64,000 nt of DNA from a virus, in IMG/VR virus record IMGVR_UViG_3300042698_000029, positions 64,001-128,000 of that record; one strand, written 5' to 3'. Within the stretch, counting starts at the first letter, position 1. Each line of letters starts with the position of its first letter. The notes beneath the pieces were generated by a model that was not told the origin of the DNA, did no database searches, and was given only the letters and a program-made list of their open reading frames with translations. This document shows, in pieces, positions 63,655 through 64,000 of the stretch. The translations under genes and the position numbers were made by a program.

Positions 63655-64000
63655 TCAGCGATCGGTCACCCTGTTGCGGCGCGCGAAGACAAGGACTCCC
63701 GCGCCGAGGAACATGATGCCACTAGCGAAGAGCATCTGCACCACGTCCTCATACCCCGCGCGTTCGGTCCTGGTCTCCTCCGTGGACAACCTCGTTTCGC
63801 CCCTCGACGCGGGCGGCTGGGGAACCCGGGGTGGAGGAGGCACCACCAACTTGCTGAAAGGGGTTCTTTCCATGCCGGTGTACGACACGGACGGATTCGG
63901 GGAGCTCGAAGATTTCGGCCCCGAGATCGCCGCCGATGAGGCGGATGAAGTAGAGACGGGGCCGCCTGAGATCTGGGTGGTGCGACGAGCCAAGCCCGTA
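63655..64000 (-). CDS. C-terminus of a membrane-anchored Ser/Pro-rich surface protein; start beyond right edge
   Basis: Low-complexity linker, TM segment, RRNR tail. Confidence 0.55.
   Translation of the reverse strand, partial: TGLARRTTQISGGPVSTSSASSAAISGPKSSSSPNPSVSYTGMERTPFSKLVVPPPPRVPQPPASRGETRLSTEETRTERAGYEDVVQMLFASGIMFLGAGVLVFARRNRVTDR

Overview
High-GC (roughly two-thirds G+C), gene-dense segment of a large actinomycete mobile element, most likely from Streptomyces or a relative. It is either a phage/phage-plasmid or a large conjugative plasmid; no capsid, terminase, tail or integrase gene is recognisable in this window. Left to right: (1) 1-8.5 kb, minus-strand phage-type recombination/replication genes (RepB-like primase fused to a DUF3987-like ATPase, probable SSB, RecT-like, Cas4-like exonuclease, GT7-like glycosyltransferase, UvrD-like helicase). 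(2) Small regulators and a catalytically dead, truncated SNF2 paralog. (3) Two further paralogous Rep/DUF3987-like ATPases (13.1-14.5 kb and 32.1-33.8 kb), each followed by its own iteron-like array around an AT-rich core, plus a bifunctional primase-polymerase. (4) A Streptomyces-plasmid-type transfer region (two GntR/UTRA Kor-like repressors, Spd-like membrane proteins, FtsK/TraB, two more short-repeat arrays, WhiB). (5) Several RelE/ParE-like genes, a full SNF2 helicase, a protealysin-like M4 protease, a VWA protein and three cell-wall hydrolases. (6) A 7-kb plus-strand glycosyltransferase/methyltransferase/epimerase operon. (7) A minus-strand RNA cluster (58.9-62.7 kb) with six canonical tRNAs and five aberrant tRNA-like RNAs. 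The most striking feature is a circularly permuted, Y-RNA(YrlA)-like tRNA mimic inside a larger structured RNA directly downstream of a conserved-looking hypothetical protein gene, which is itself preceded by another aberrant tRNA. All family assignments are from motif recognition by eye, not database searches.
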